Of a stretch of 40,910 nucleotides of DNA, positions 1 to 8,480 are shown piece after piece. The stretch lies in contig JAYVCD010000088.1 in the NCBI GenBank assembly GCA_043750125.1, forward strand, positions 1-40,910, given 5' to 3'. This DNA is from Archangiaceae bacterium (lineage in GTDB: Bacteria > Myxococcota > Myxococcia > Myxococcales > Myxococcaceae). A model generated the notes under the pieces. The model was not told the DNA's origin. It saw only the letters and a list, made by a program, of their open reading frames with translations, and did not search any database. The translations under genes were made by a program, and so were the position numbers. Every line of letters begins with the position of its first letter. Positions within the stretch are counted from its first letter, which is position 1.

Positions 1-3000
1 CCGTACCGGGGCTTGAACAGCTTCACCGAGGCCGACGCCGACGGATTTTTCGGCCGGGAAAAAGAAGCCGAAGCCTTCGCCAATCGGCTGCGAGAGAGCC
101 CGTTTCTGGGCGTGGTCGGCCCCTCGGGAGTCGGAAAGAGCAGCTTCGTCCAGGCCGGAGTGTTGCCGCTGCTCGCCGACGACTGGACCGCGCTGGTGGT
201 CCGGCCCGGGCAGTCGCCGATTGCAGCGCTGGCGGCGCGCCTGACCGCGGCCGGAATCGACGGAGACCGGGTGCTGGCGAGGCTGCTGAAGTCCCCCGAA
301 GTGCTGGGCGAGGTGTTGCGGGAAGCCGCCGCCCGCACCGGACGCAAGTACCTGCTGCTGGTGGACCAGTTCGAAGAGTTGCTCACCTTGTGTCTGAACT
401 CGGAGGAACAGATTGCCTATGCGGCCGCGCTCACCAGCGCCTGCCGGGCGATGGGGGACCCGGTTCGGGTGGTTGTCACGCTGCGGGACGATTTTCTGAT
501 TCGGGCCCAGGGGCTGCCGCCGCTGGTGGACAAGCTGAGTCAGGGGCTGCAGTTGCTGACGACTCCGGCCGAAGCGGACCTGCTGCGAATTTTGATCGAG
601 CCGCTGAAGCGGGTCGGCTACCTGTTCGAAGACACCCAACTGCCGGTGCTGATGGTCAAAGGGGTGGCCGACCAGCCGGGCGCGCTGGCGCTGCTGTCCT
701 TCGCCGCCACTCAGCTGTGGGAAGTGCGAGACCGGCAGTTCAAGCGGTTGACCCGAAAGGCCTACGACGCGCTGGGAGGAGTGGGCGGCGCGCTGGCCCA
801 GCACGCCGAGAAAGTCGTCGAAGGAATGTCGGAGGCCGAGCAGCCGATTTTGAAACAGGCGTTCCGGCACCTGGTCTCGAGCCAGGGCACCCGCACCGTG
901 TTGTCCTACGCCGAGCTGATGGAGCTGCTGGGAAGCTCAGCGTCGTCGCGAAAGGTGGTCGAGGCGTTGGTGCAGTTTCGATTGTTGGTCGCTTCCGAAG
1001 GGGTGGGGGGCGAAGAGCGAATCGAAATCATTCACGAAGCGCTGCTCACCTCGTGGCCGCGGCTGGTGAAGTGGCAGCGTGAAAATGCCGAGAACGCGCG
1101 GTTGCGCGACGCGATTCGAGCCACCGCCCGGCAGTGGAACGACAAGGGCCGCCCGAGGGGAATGCTGTGGCGGGAAGAGACGCTGGCCGAATACAAGGTC
1201 TGGCGGGCCCGGTACACGGGGGCACTGACCCGGGTCGAAGAAGACTTCACCCGGGCCGGCCTGGCCGAAGAGTCGGGGGCCCGCCGCCTTCGCAATGGGT
1301 TGATCATCGCTGCCGGGGTCGCGTTGACGGTGGGGTTGATCGTGCTGGCTCGGGCGAATCAGCGGGCCGAAGCGAATGCCGAACGGGCCCAGGCGAAGGC
1401 GGCCGAATCGGCGTTGCGGCTGGCGCGCTCGACCGCGGAACAAGGCCGGCAGGCCTATCTGGCCGGGCGCCCGCGCGAGGCGATGGGGCTGCTCGAGGCT
1501 GCGACCGACGCGGGCCTGCGCACCGCCGGAACGAGCTACCTGCTGGATCGAATTCGCCATTCGGCCACTGCAGAAAAAGGCGGGCGGGACTTTCACAAGT
1601 CGGTGATGACGGTCGCGATTTCTCCAAACGGCGCGCAGCTGGCGGTCAGCCTGACCGATGGAACCGTGCTGTTCGTCGATCGCCATACGCTGGCGACCGT
1701 TCAGGAGATCCAGCCCGGAAAGCGCAATCAACGGGCGATCAGCTGGAGCCACGATGGCTCGGTGCTGTTGATGTGTGGCGAAGACGGGTCGCTGTTCTTG
1801 TTCGAGGCCGCGACCCGCGCGCGCCTCGGATCCCTGCACCTCGAGGAATCGCGACTCAGTGACTGTCAATTCTCGCCCGATGACAAATCGATCGTCGCCG
1901 TCTCTATCACCGGCCATTCGTACCTGGTGAGCCGAACCCCGGAGCTGGCGCTTCGGGGGACCTGGACAGTCGAGCAGGGATTGCGGCACGTGTCGGTCAG
2001 CCCGTCGGGAAAACGGTTTGTGCCCTTGACGCTCAGCAATTTCAACGGCGCCCAGTCGGCCGATTCGCGCGAACCGATTTTGTCGATGGTGGGGGCGGCT
2101 CCGATTTGGCTCACCGGTTTTCGGGGAGGCGGGTTTCGATCGGCCACGTGGTCGAGTGACGAAAAGAAGCTGTTCACGGGAGGCGAAGACGGGGTGATTC
2201 GGATCTGGGATGTGGCCACCGGCCGCCCGGAAGCCAGTCTGGTTGGACACCAGGGCCCGGTGAGCCGGGTGAGCATGCTCGGCACTGGAACCCAGCTGGT
2301 CAGCACCGGCGTCGACGGCTCGCTTCGCACCTGGGATCTTCCGACCCGGATGATGGTGATGAACCTGCAGGCGCATGCCGAGCAGGCCAATGACCTGGCG
2401 GTGATTGAGGGGGGCCTGGTGACCGGCGGGGCGGACGGCGTCGTTCGGGTCTGGTCGACCAGCGGTCAGCTTCGACACCTGCACTCGGTGCACGACGGAG
2501 TGATTTCCGTGCTGCTCGTCGACGCCCAGGTGGACGAAGTTCTCTCTGGCGGCATGGACGGCTGGCTGAAAATCCAGCGCCTTTCTTCGGCCGACTACAC
2601 GAAGGCGATGTTGCTGCCTTCCGACACGGGGGCGGCCGCATTGGCGATGAATCAGGGAGTGCTGGGGGTCGGCCGCTACGACGGTCCGATTGCCTTGTAC
2701 CCCCTGGATGGCGGAACGCCGGCCCCGGTGCCGCACGGGAAGCTGCAGGAAGACCACATTCTCGCGCTCAGCCCGGGCGGCAACCTGGTCGCCCTCGAAA
2801 AACGGGGGAAAGTCGAGATCCTCGACACTGCGAGTGGCAAACAGCTCGCGCTGTTGGATGCCCATCGCGAAGAGATTGCGATGACCTTCGATTCCACCGG
2901 GAAGTTTCTACTCACGACGGCGCAGCAAGGTCCTCCGATGGTGTTTGCGACCCGCGATTGGGCTCGGCGCTCGTTTCCCGAGGACTTGAGCGTGACGGGA

Positions 3001-3441
3001 GCGGCGTTCGCCGACGAAACGGGGCAGGTGTGGGGCGGCACCAACACCGGCGAAGTGCTGTTGTGGGGGCGCGAGGGTTCCATCGTGCGTCGCAAGCAGG
3101 TGTTCAATTCGAGGACCAACGCGCTCGCTGCCTCGGCCGACGGAAAGTGGATTGCCGTGGCGGGCATTGATCAACGGCTGCGGGTGGTGCGGACCTCGAA
3201 TCTCGAAGTGGTGGCCTCGGCGGTGTCGACCGCTTCGGTCAATGTGCTTGGGTTCTCCTTCGATTCCCGCATGCTGGTTGCGGGGGACATCAATGGAACT
3301 ACGCAGATCTGGAACCTCGACCCCCTCGAGCTGGTGGACACCCGCCGAACGCCCAATCTGAACATGGTGATCCTGGCGCCGCGGCTGGGGGGTTACCTGA
3401 CGTTGAGCCTGTCTGGCGAGTTGGTGCTCTGGCCGATGTAG
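1..3441 (+). CDS. STAND-class (nSTAND1-like) P-loop NTPase with transmembrane helix and C-terminal WD40 beta-propellers; 5'-partial (N-terminus, probably a kinase or other effector domain, is outside the window)
   Basis: Frame is open from base 1 (PYRGLNSF..D..FFGRE, typical nSTAND1 start); Walker A GPSGVGKSS; Walker B LLLVDQFEEL; PGALALLSF; IIHEALL; hydrophobic LIIAAGVALTVGLIVLA; many WD repeats (GEDGVIRIWD, GVDGSLRTWD, GADGVVRVW). Confidence 0.9.
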   Translation, partial: PYRGLNSFTEADADGFFGREKEAEAFANRLRESPFLGVVGPSGVGKSSFVQAGVLPLLADDWTALVVRPGQSPIAALAARLTAAGIDGDRVLARLLKSPEVLGEVLREAAARTGRKYLLLVDQFEELLTLCLNSEEQIAYAAALTSACRAMGDPVRVVVTLRDDFLIRAQGLPPLVDKLSQGLQLLTTPAEADLLRILIEPLKRVGYLFEDTQLPVLMVKGVADQPGALALLSFAATQLWEVRDRQFKRLTRKAYDALGGVGGALAQHAEKVVEGMSEAEQPILKQAFRHLVSSQGTRTVLSYAELMELLGSSASSRKVVEALVQFRLLVASEGVGGEERIEIIHEALLTSWPRLVKWQRENAENARLRDAIRATARQWNDKGRPRGMLWREETLAEYKVWRARYTGALTRVEEDFTRAGLAEESGARRLRNGLIIAAGVALTVGLIVLARANQRAEANAERAQAKAAESALRLARSTAEQGRQAYLAGRPREAMGLLEAATDAGLRTAGTSYLLDRIRHSATAEKGGRDFHKSVMTVAISPNGAQLAVSLTDGTVLFVDRHTLATVQEIQPGKRNQRAISWSHDGSVLLMCGEDGSLFLFEAATRARLGSLHLEESRLSDCQFSPDDKSIVAVSITGHSYLVSRTPELALRGTWTVEQGLRHVSVSPSGKRFVPLTLSNFNGAQSADSREPILSMVGAAPIWLTGFRGGGFRSATWSSDEKKLFTGGEDGVIRIWDVATGRPEASLVGHQGPVSRVSMLGTGTQLVSTGVDGSLRTWDLPTRMMVMNLQAHAEQANDLAVIEGGLVTGGADGVVRVWSTSGQLRHLHSVHDGVISVLLVDAQVDEVLSGGMDGWLKIQRLSSADYTKAMLLPSDTGAAALAMNQGVLGVGRYDGPIALYPLDGGTPAPVPHGKLQEDHILALSPGGNLVALEKRGKVEILDTASGKQLALLDAHREEIAMTFDSTGKFLLTTAQQGPPMVFATRDWARRSFPEDLSVTGAAFADETGQVWGGTNTGEVLLWGREGSIVRRKQVFNSRTNALAASADGKWIAVAGIDQRLRVVRTSNLEVVASAVSTASVNVLGFSFDSRMLVAGDINGTTQIWNLDPLELVDTRRTPNLNMVILAPRLGGYLTLSLSGELVLWPM

Positions 3442-3476
3442 GGCCCGAGGGGCTGGCCCTGTCGGCGGCACGGTCA

Positions 3477-3499
3477 GACTGATCGCGCGAGGGCCAATC
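3477..3499. promoter_or_regulatory. Palindromic enhancer-like box, copy 1 (GACTG-N13-CAATC)
   Basis: GACTGatcgcgCGAGGGCCAATC; near-identical to 5035-5057 and at the same distance (1 bp difference) from a sigma54 motif. Confidence 0.65.
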
Positions 3500-3568
3500 T
3501 GGTCTTCGCAGGTCCTTCGAGATGATCGCCGCTTTCTGCGAGTGCAAGAGGTTGCGGGGCGCGAGCGT

Positions 3569-3584
3569 TGGATCAGCGCTTGCT
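3569..3584 (+). promoter_or_regulatory. sigma54-type promoter (-24/-12) of peptide gene 1
   Basis: TGGATCAGCGCTTGCT = GG-N10-GC with TTGC at -12; the GC ends 49 bp before ATG 3632. Confidence 0.65.
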
Positions 3585-3631
3585 CAAGCCTTCCTTCGTC
3601 GAGCACCCCGCAGCCCAACTGGAGAACAACA

Positions 3632-3751
3632 ATGAAAGAAATCAAGAAGCCGATCAAAGTGCTGGTGGTCCGTGAGCTCACCGCCGAAGAGACGGCTCAG
3701 GTGTGCGGAGCACAAATTGTTATTCGAAGCGTGAGCAGCACCCCCGTGTAG
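3632..3751 (+). CDS. Double-glycine-type leader peptide precursor 1 (39 aa; predicted core QIVIRSVSSTPV)
   Basis: GGAG RBS at 3621-3624; MKEIKKPIKVLVVRELTAEETAQVCGA|QIVIRSVSSTPV; EL-x3-E-x3-V-x-G-A leader pattern; paralog at 5186-5320. Confidence 0.85.
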   Translation: MKEIKKPIKVLVVRELTAEETAQVCGAQIVIRSVSSTPV

Positions 3752-3939
3752 AGCTGCACCCAAGCTTCACCGTCCCAGGGAAACGGCTGGCCATTCCTGG
3801 CCAGGCGGTGCCAGTGGGAGGTCCTCCTCGCTGGTCAGTGAAGGCCCAGGCGCGGCCGCGAGAAGTCGGCGTCGCCCGGGCTGTCGCACATCATTTGAGC
3901 TCAAACTACATTTCCGCCGAGTTGGCGGTGGCGAGTCGG

Positions 3940-3962
3940 TCTTGCTCTCTCGAGGGCCAATT
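3940..3962. promoter_or_regulatory. Degenerate third copy of the enhancer-like box, upstream of the MFP gene
   Basis: TCTTGcTCTCTCGAGGGCCAATT shares 16 contiguous bases (TCTCTCGAGGGCCAAT) with copy 2; no clear GG-N10-GC found downstream. Confidence 0.5.
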
Positions 3963-4032
3963 GGGTCGCGCCCGAGCTGGACGGGCGCGGGTCGATGACT
4001 CGGGGTAGATTGGTGTACCGTCGACCTTTGAG

Positions 4033-4956
4033 GTGTCTCTGATGATTTTCGGTCATTGGCTGACAGCCTCACTGATCGTCGTCCTCTTTGTCAGTGCCGG
4101 CTGGGAAATCAAACAGCAAACCTCGCGGCCCAATCGGCGTGAGACCGGGACGTTGCAGCAGCCCGGGGCAATCGCTGACCGCGACGCCCCGGAAATCGGA
4201 ATGGTGGGAGTGGTGGTCGCCAGGGACGACGCGCAGCTTGGTTTCCGAGCGCCGGGTCGGGTGCATCGGGTCGCCGTGGGAATGGGGGATCTCGTTCACG
4301 CTGGAGACCCGCTGGTCGAGCTGGAAACCGAAGAGCAGGCGCGCGAAGTCGGCACCGCTCAGGCCCGGGCGGTCGCGGCGCGAGCGGAGCAGACCGCCGC
4401 GCGGGTGCGACTGGCCGAAGTCACCGACCGTTTGAAGCGGGCCGAACAGACCGCCCAATACAGCGCTGCAGAAAAGCTGGAAGTCGCCCGCTGGGCGGTG
4501 ACCACGGCATCGGCGGGAATGGATCAGGCCGCCGCCCGAGTCGAAGAAGCCAACCAGGCGCTGCAGTTGGTGACGCTTCGCGCGGCCGGCAACACGCTGC
4601 GGGCGCCGTTCGACGGCACGGTGACCGATGTCTTCGTCCGCCGAGGAGCGCGGGTGATGACGGATCAACCGGTGCTGCGAATGATTGGCAGCGGCGAGCT
4701 GAGCGTGCGGTTCGCGGTTCCGCAGGCCCAGATGGCAACGGTGACCCGGGGCTCTGCACTGATGGTCGAGCTCGCGCCGAACTCCGAACCGATGCGAGCC
4801 ACGGTGTCCCGCATGACTCCCGGGTACGACCCGACGCTGAGGTACCGGCTCGCGGAAGCCCGCTTCGAACCCTCGAAGGGCCTGGGGGCGCTCACCGCGG
4901 GATCCCCGGTTACCGTCACTGCGCTGAAAGTTCCTGCGCGGGCCGAAGCGCACTGA
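4033..4956 (+). CDS. Efflux/type I secretion periplasmic adaptor (membrane fusion protein, HlyD/RND-MFP family)
   Basis: N-terminal hydrophobic anchor; lipoyl half motifs (PGRVHRVAVGMGDLVHAGDPLVEL; LRAPFDGTVTDVFVRRG) flanking a helical hairpin. Start could be ATG 4042. Confidence 0.85.
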   Translation: MSLMIFGHWLTASLIVVLFVSAGWEIKQQTSRPNRRETGTLQQPGAIADRDAPEIGMVGVVVARDDAQLGFRAPGRVHRVAVGMGDLVHAGDPLVELETEEQAREVGTAQARAVAARAEQTAARVRLAEVTDRLKRAEQTAQYSAAEKLEVARWAVTTASAGMDQAAARVEEANQALQLVTLRAAGNTLRAPFDGTVTDVFVRRGARVMTDQPVLRMIGSGELSVRFAVPQAQMATVTRGSALMVELAPNSEPMRATVSRMTPGYDPTLRYRLAEARFEPSKGLGALTAGSPVTVTALKVPARAEAH

Positions 4957-5034
4957 TCCGCCGGCAGGGACTGCTGCTCGCGTGGGCCGTTCCCGCTTTG
5001 CTTTCGGTGTCTCCTGTTGCCCGCCAAGAGTCCT

Positions 5035-5057
5035 GACTGTTCTCTCGAGGGCCAATC
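5035..5057. promoter_or_regulatory. Palindromic enhancer-like box, copy 2 (GACTG-N13-CAATC)
   Basis: GACTGttctctCGAGGGCCAATC; see copy 1. Confidence 0.65.
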
Positions 5058-5125
5058 AGATCGCCTTGAGGGCAAGGGCAGGTCGGGGACAAACGCCATT
5101 TCGGTGGCTTAGTTCCAGGCTTCGT

Positions 5126-5141
5126 TGGGTCTTCGTTTGCA
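5126..5141 (+). promoter_or_regulatory. sigma54-type promoter (-24/-12) of peptide gene 2
   Basis: TGGGTCTTCGTTTGCA = GG-N10-GC with TTGCA; preceded by cgt as in copy 1; the GC ends 46 bp before ATG 5186. Confidence 0.65.
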
Positions 5142-5185
5142 GAAGACAATCCATCGGAACCCACGCTGCATTCAACGGAGCCCAG

Positions 5186-5320
5186 ATGAAAGACATGAAG
5201 AAGCCGATCAAGGTGCTGGTGGTTCGGGAGCTCTCGGTCGAAGAGGTGGATCAAGTGCAAGGAGGGCTCGTCCAACCCTACTTGCGGAGCGCAAGCAGCA
5301 ACCCTCTCACCGCCAAATAA
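5186..5320 (+). CDS. Double-glycine leader peptide precursor 2 (44 aa; predicted core LVQPYLRSASSNPLTAK)
   Basis: GGAG RBS at 5177-5180; MKDMKKPIKVLVVRELSVEEVDQVQGG|LVQPYLRSASSNPLTAK; leader 19/27 identical to precursor 1. Confidence 0.85.
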   Translation: MKDMKKPIKVLVVRELSVEEVDQVQGGLVQPYLRSASSNPLTAK

Positions 5321-5419
5321 AACCAGATTCATTCGCAGGCCCGTGTGCCAACCCGGACATACATTAAGCCGTGGTTCGCGAACGCTGATCATTCCTCCGT
5401 CAGGCGAAGACGGACTCAG

Positions 5420-5443
5420 CCACCGAGGCGCACGCCTCGGTGG
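5420..5443. other. GC-rich perfect inverted repeat (possible transcript-stabilising or terminator-like hairpin)
   Basis: CCACCGAGGCG-ca-CGCCTCGGTGG; no U-tract. Confidence 0.4.
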
Positions 5444-5505
5444 GTTCCGTCGCGCCGGGCACCCGCGCTATAGGGTGTCCCGATGACAAACCCCGGGACG
5501 CGCGC

Positions 5506-6318
5506 GTGGATGCCCACCTGATCAAGCTCGACCAGGAACACCCTGGTTTTCGAGACCCCGAGTACCGAGTTCGCCGCGACGCGATTGCCCGACTGGCGCT
5601 GGCCCACCGGCGCGGCGACGCTCCGGCGCAGGTCGCCTACACCCCGGACGAAGGAAAAGTGTGGAACGGAGTGCTCGAGGCGCTGGCTCCGCTGCACGCC
5701 CGCTACGCCTGTAAGAGCTTCCTCGACGCCTGGCCCGGCCTGGGGTTCAACGGGCTGCGCATTCCCCAGCTGTCGGAAGTCAGTGCCCAACTGAAGAAGC
5801 GCACCCGCTTTTCCTACGAGCCGGTCGCCGGCCTGATGAGCGCCCGCGAATTCATGGAACGGCTGGCCGACCGCACCTTCCTCGCAACCCAGTACATGCG
5901 TCATCCCAGCATGCCGCTGTACACCCCCGAGCCGGACGTCATTCACGAGCTGGTCGGTCACGCCCCCTCGCTGAGCGATGAGCGCTACGCCCGCCTCAAT
6001 GAGCTGTTCGGAAAGGCGACGGCGGCTTCCAACGACACCACGGTTGAAGCGCTGATTCGAACCTACTGGTTCTGCCTCGAGTTCGGCCTCGTTCGCGAAG
6101 GCGGCGCGGTCAAGGCCGTCGGAGCCGGGTTGCTGTCCTCGTTCGGCGAGCTCGGCCGCTTCGAGAGCAACTCGACGCTGATGCCCTTCGAGCTGCAGCG
6201 CATCGCCCAGACCCCGTTCGACCCCACCCAATACCAGCAGACGCTGTTCGTGGCCGACTCGGAAGACGCGCTGCTCGCGACCTTGAGCCAGTGGCTCGAG
6301 CGCCTGGCCCGGGCGTAA
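5506..6318 (+). CDS. phhA: Phenylalanine 4-monooxygenase (biopterin-dependent aromatic amino acid hydroxylase)
   Basis: LDQEHPGFRDPEYR, RIPQL, PVAGLM, TQYMRHPSMPLYTPEPDVIHELVGH (Fe ligands), YWFCLEFGL, GAGLLSSFGE. Start uncertain (GTG 5506; ORF open from 5440). Confidence 0.88.
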   Translation: MDAHLIKLDQEHPGFRDPEYRVRRDAIARLALAHRRGDAPAQVAYTPDEGKVWNGVLEALAPLHARYACKSFLDAWPGLGFNGLRIPQLSEVSAQLKKRTRFSYEPVAGLMSAREFMERLADRTFLATQYMRHPSMPLYTPEPDVIHELVGHAPSLSDERYARLNELFGKATAASNDTTVEALIRTYWFCLEFGLVREGGAVKAVGAGLLSSFGELGRFESNSTLMPFELQRIAQTPFDPTQYQQTLFVADSEDALLATLSQWLERLARA

Positions 6319-6443
6319 CCCTCGCACATCGCAGTACATCGGCGCGGATCAGTTCGAGGGGCAGAGGCACCAAAGCTGGCGTCCGAGTTGCTCTGCCCGG
6401 TACCCTCCCCCGTTCGCCCCTGCAGAATCTGGAGTCTCGCCTG

Positions 6444-7286
6444 ATGAAGAAACGCCCCACGCTCTCGCGCCGCGGAATCCTCGCGGCGCTGCTCAATGGG
6501 GCCTTGCTGCCCGCGACCGCGCGCGCCGAACGAAAGCTGTCGTCCAACGAATTCTTCGAAGTGACGCGCACCGAGCTCTTCATCCCCGGGCTGCACCCTT
6601 CGCATGACGGGCTGGTGATCGCGCAGCTCTCGGACATCCACATCGGGCGCGGCTCGCCCGACGGGCGCGTCATCTCGGCGGTGCGGATGGTGAACGAAGA
6701 GAATCCCGACCTGGCGGTGCTGACCGGCGACTACGTGACGACGAAGCGGGACCCCTACGAGCGGGTGCCGCAGCTGCTGCAGGGAATCAACGCGCCCACC
6801 TACGCGGTGATGGGCAACCACGATCATTGGACGGACGCAGCCACCCTGCGCCGGGGCCTCGAAGGCATCGGCTACTGCGTGCTGCAAAATGATCACACGG
6901 TGGTGCGCCTCAAAGGAGCCGACTTCAACATCTTGGGGCTCGACGACAGCACCACCCACCACGACGACGTAGAGCGCACCTTCAAGGGCCAACCCACCGG
7001 CTCGCGCCTGGTGCTCGCCCACACCCCCACGAGCGCCAAGAAGCTGCCGCCGTGGCAGGGAATGCTGTGCCTGTCGGGCCATACCCACGGGGGCCAGCTT
7101 CACGTTCCGATGCTGACCGAAGGACTCTTCGCCCGCGCCGGAATGCCCTACGTCCGCGGCCTCTACAACGTTCGGGGCAACCAGCTGTACGTCAATCGCG
7201 GGCTCGGCTTCGGGCGCGGCACGGCGCTGCCGCGGTTGAACTCGGACCCTGAGCTGAGCCTCATCACCCTGCGCGCCGTCGGTTGA
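6444..7286 (+). CDS. Calcineurin-like metallophosphoesterase (YkuE-like) with twin-arginine signal
   Basis: SRRGIL Tat motif and ARA cleavage site; SDIH, TGDY, GNHD, LAH, SGHTHGGQ motifs; GGAG upstream of ATG 6444. Confidence 0.88.
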   Translation: MKKRPTLSRRGILAALLNGALLPATARAERKLSSNEFFEVTRTELFIPGLHPSHDGLVIAQLSDIHIGRGSPDGRVISAVRMVNEENPDLAVLTGDYVTTKRDPYERVPQLLQGINAPTYAVMGNHDHWTDAATLRRGLEGIGYCVLQNDHTVVRLKGADFNILGLDDSTTHHDDVERTFKGQPTGSRLVLAHTPTSAKKLPPWQGMLCLSGHTHGGQLHVPMLTEGLFARAGMPYVRGLYNVRGNQLYVNRGLGFGRGTALPRLNSDPELSLITLRAVG

Positions 7287-7325
7287 GTTCTTGTCGTCCC
7301 CGCGCGCCAGAGCTAACTGCGCGCG

Positions 7326-8480
7326 ATGCGTTTTCCGATTCTTCTGCTCGCAGGCGTCGTTTGCATCGTGCTCGGCGTCGCGGGCTCTGAGTGGAGCCGC
7401 CGCCACCCGCACGAGAAGCCGGTTCCGATTCTCATTCCGCTCGCGCCGCCCCTGACCGCCGAAGAGCTGTCGGCCACCGAGCTGCTGACCGATGAAAAGA
7501 TCGACGCGGAAGGGCTGCGGGTCGCGAACGCCGAGCTGACCGGGTTCGCCCGGGACGCCAGGCTGCCCGAAGACTTTGGGGTCAGCGAAGCGAAGGCGGT
7601 GCTCGCAGGCTCGCTGTTCGCGCGCAACGCCGTCCCGCATGGCAACGCCGTCTTCCTGATTTCCGAAGAGGGAAAGCAGGGGGTGAAGCAGAGCCTGCTG
7701 CGGATTACCGCCAGCGACTTGCCCAAGGCGCTCGTCGTTCACCGGCCGGGAATCGGAGCGATCGCCGTCGAAGGTTCCCGGCTGTACTGGTCCGAGGGAG
7801 GCTCGATTTTTTCCACCGATGCCACCCTGGGCGGGGAAGCCCGGGCGGTGATCCGCTTTCCGAAGGGGCGCATCACCTCGCTCGCCGTCGCACAGAAGGT
7901 GTTGATCGCAGCGCTGGTGCCCAGGCCGCTCGACCCGTTTTCGAGCGAGCCGGTGGGGATCCTCGTCTCGGTCTCGATTCCCGACGGAAAGGTCAAAGTG
8001 CTGGCGAGCCAGCAGGTCCGGCCCGCCGAAGCCCACACCGATGGCTCGAGCGTGGTGTGGGTCGGTGGGTACCCCGCCGACCTGTGGAAGGTCGAGCTGC
8101 CCGCTGGCGAGCCCCGCCTGGTCTCGACCCGCGCCGACGGGCCGGTGCTGCTCGAAGACAAGTCCGTCACCTTTCGCCACCCGGTGACTGGCGCCCCTGA
8201 GTTGGTGCGAATGGGAACCGACGGCACTTCGGTTGTGCTGGCGAAGGGCGAAGTCGAGCGGGTGACCCAGCTGGCAGGCGAAGTCTGGTTCTCGGTGGGA
8301 GGCAGCGTCAGACGAGTCAGCGTGCAGGGCGAGCACGAGAAGGCGGTGGCCCAGCTTCCCCACCCGGTGCTCGAGCTGGCCGTCACCGATGACGCGCTGT
8401 ACGCGGTCATCCGCCAGGACTCCGGGGGCCACCTGCTGCTGCGGCTGCCCCGCAGCACTCCGGAAGGCAGCCGGCCGTGA
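7326..8480 (+). CDS. Hypothetical exported/membrane-anchored protein, likely beta-propeller
   Basis: N-terminal hydrophobic segment; repeated short beta motifs (IAVEGSRLYWS, LAVTDDALYA); overlaps the next gene by GTGA. Confidence 0.65.
   Translation: MRFPILLLAGVVCIVLGVAGSEWSRRHPHEKPVPILIPLAPPLTAEELSATELLTDEKIDAEGLRVANAELTGFARDARLPEDFGVSEAKAVLAGSLFARNAVPHGNAVFLISEEGKQGVKQSLLRITASDLPKALVVHRPGIGAIAVEGSRLYWSEGGSIFSTDATLGGEARAVIRFPKGRITSLAVAQKVLIAALVPRPLDPFSSEPVGILVSVSIPDGKVKVLASQQVRPAEAHTDGSSVVWVGGYPADLWKVELPAGEPRLVSTRADGPVLLEDKSVTFRHPVTGAPELVRMGTDGTSVVLAKGEVERVTQLAGEVWFSVGGSVRRVSVQGEHEKAVAQLPHPVLELAVTDDALYAVIRQDSGGHLLLRLPRSTPEGSRP

Noticed and set aside
3787-3804. Hairpin CTGGCCA-TTCC-TGGCCAG after peptide gene 1 as an intrinsic terminator
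   Set aside because: Short stem with no U-tract; common by chance in high-GC DNA.
4011-4045. sigma54 promoter for the MFP gene downstream of the third box
   Set aside because: Candidate GG dinucleotides (4012, 4032) are not followed by GC at the required 10-nt spacing.
3632-5320. Peptides as lanthipeptide/thiopeptide precursors, or as receiver-domain fragments (KPIKVLVV resembles beta1 of CheB/CheY)
   Set aside because: The cores contain no Cys and no modifying enzymes are visible. The sequence after VLVV is REL..E...V.G[GA], a double-glycine leader, rather than DD.
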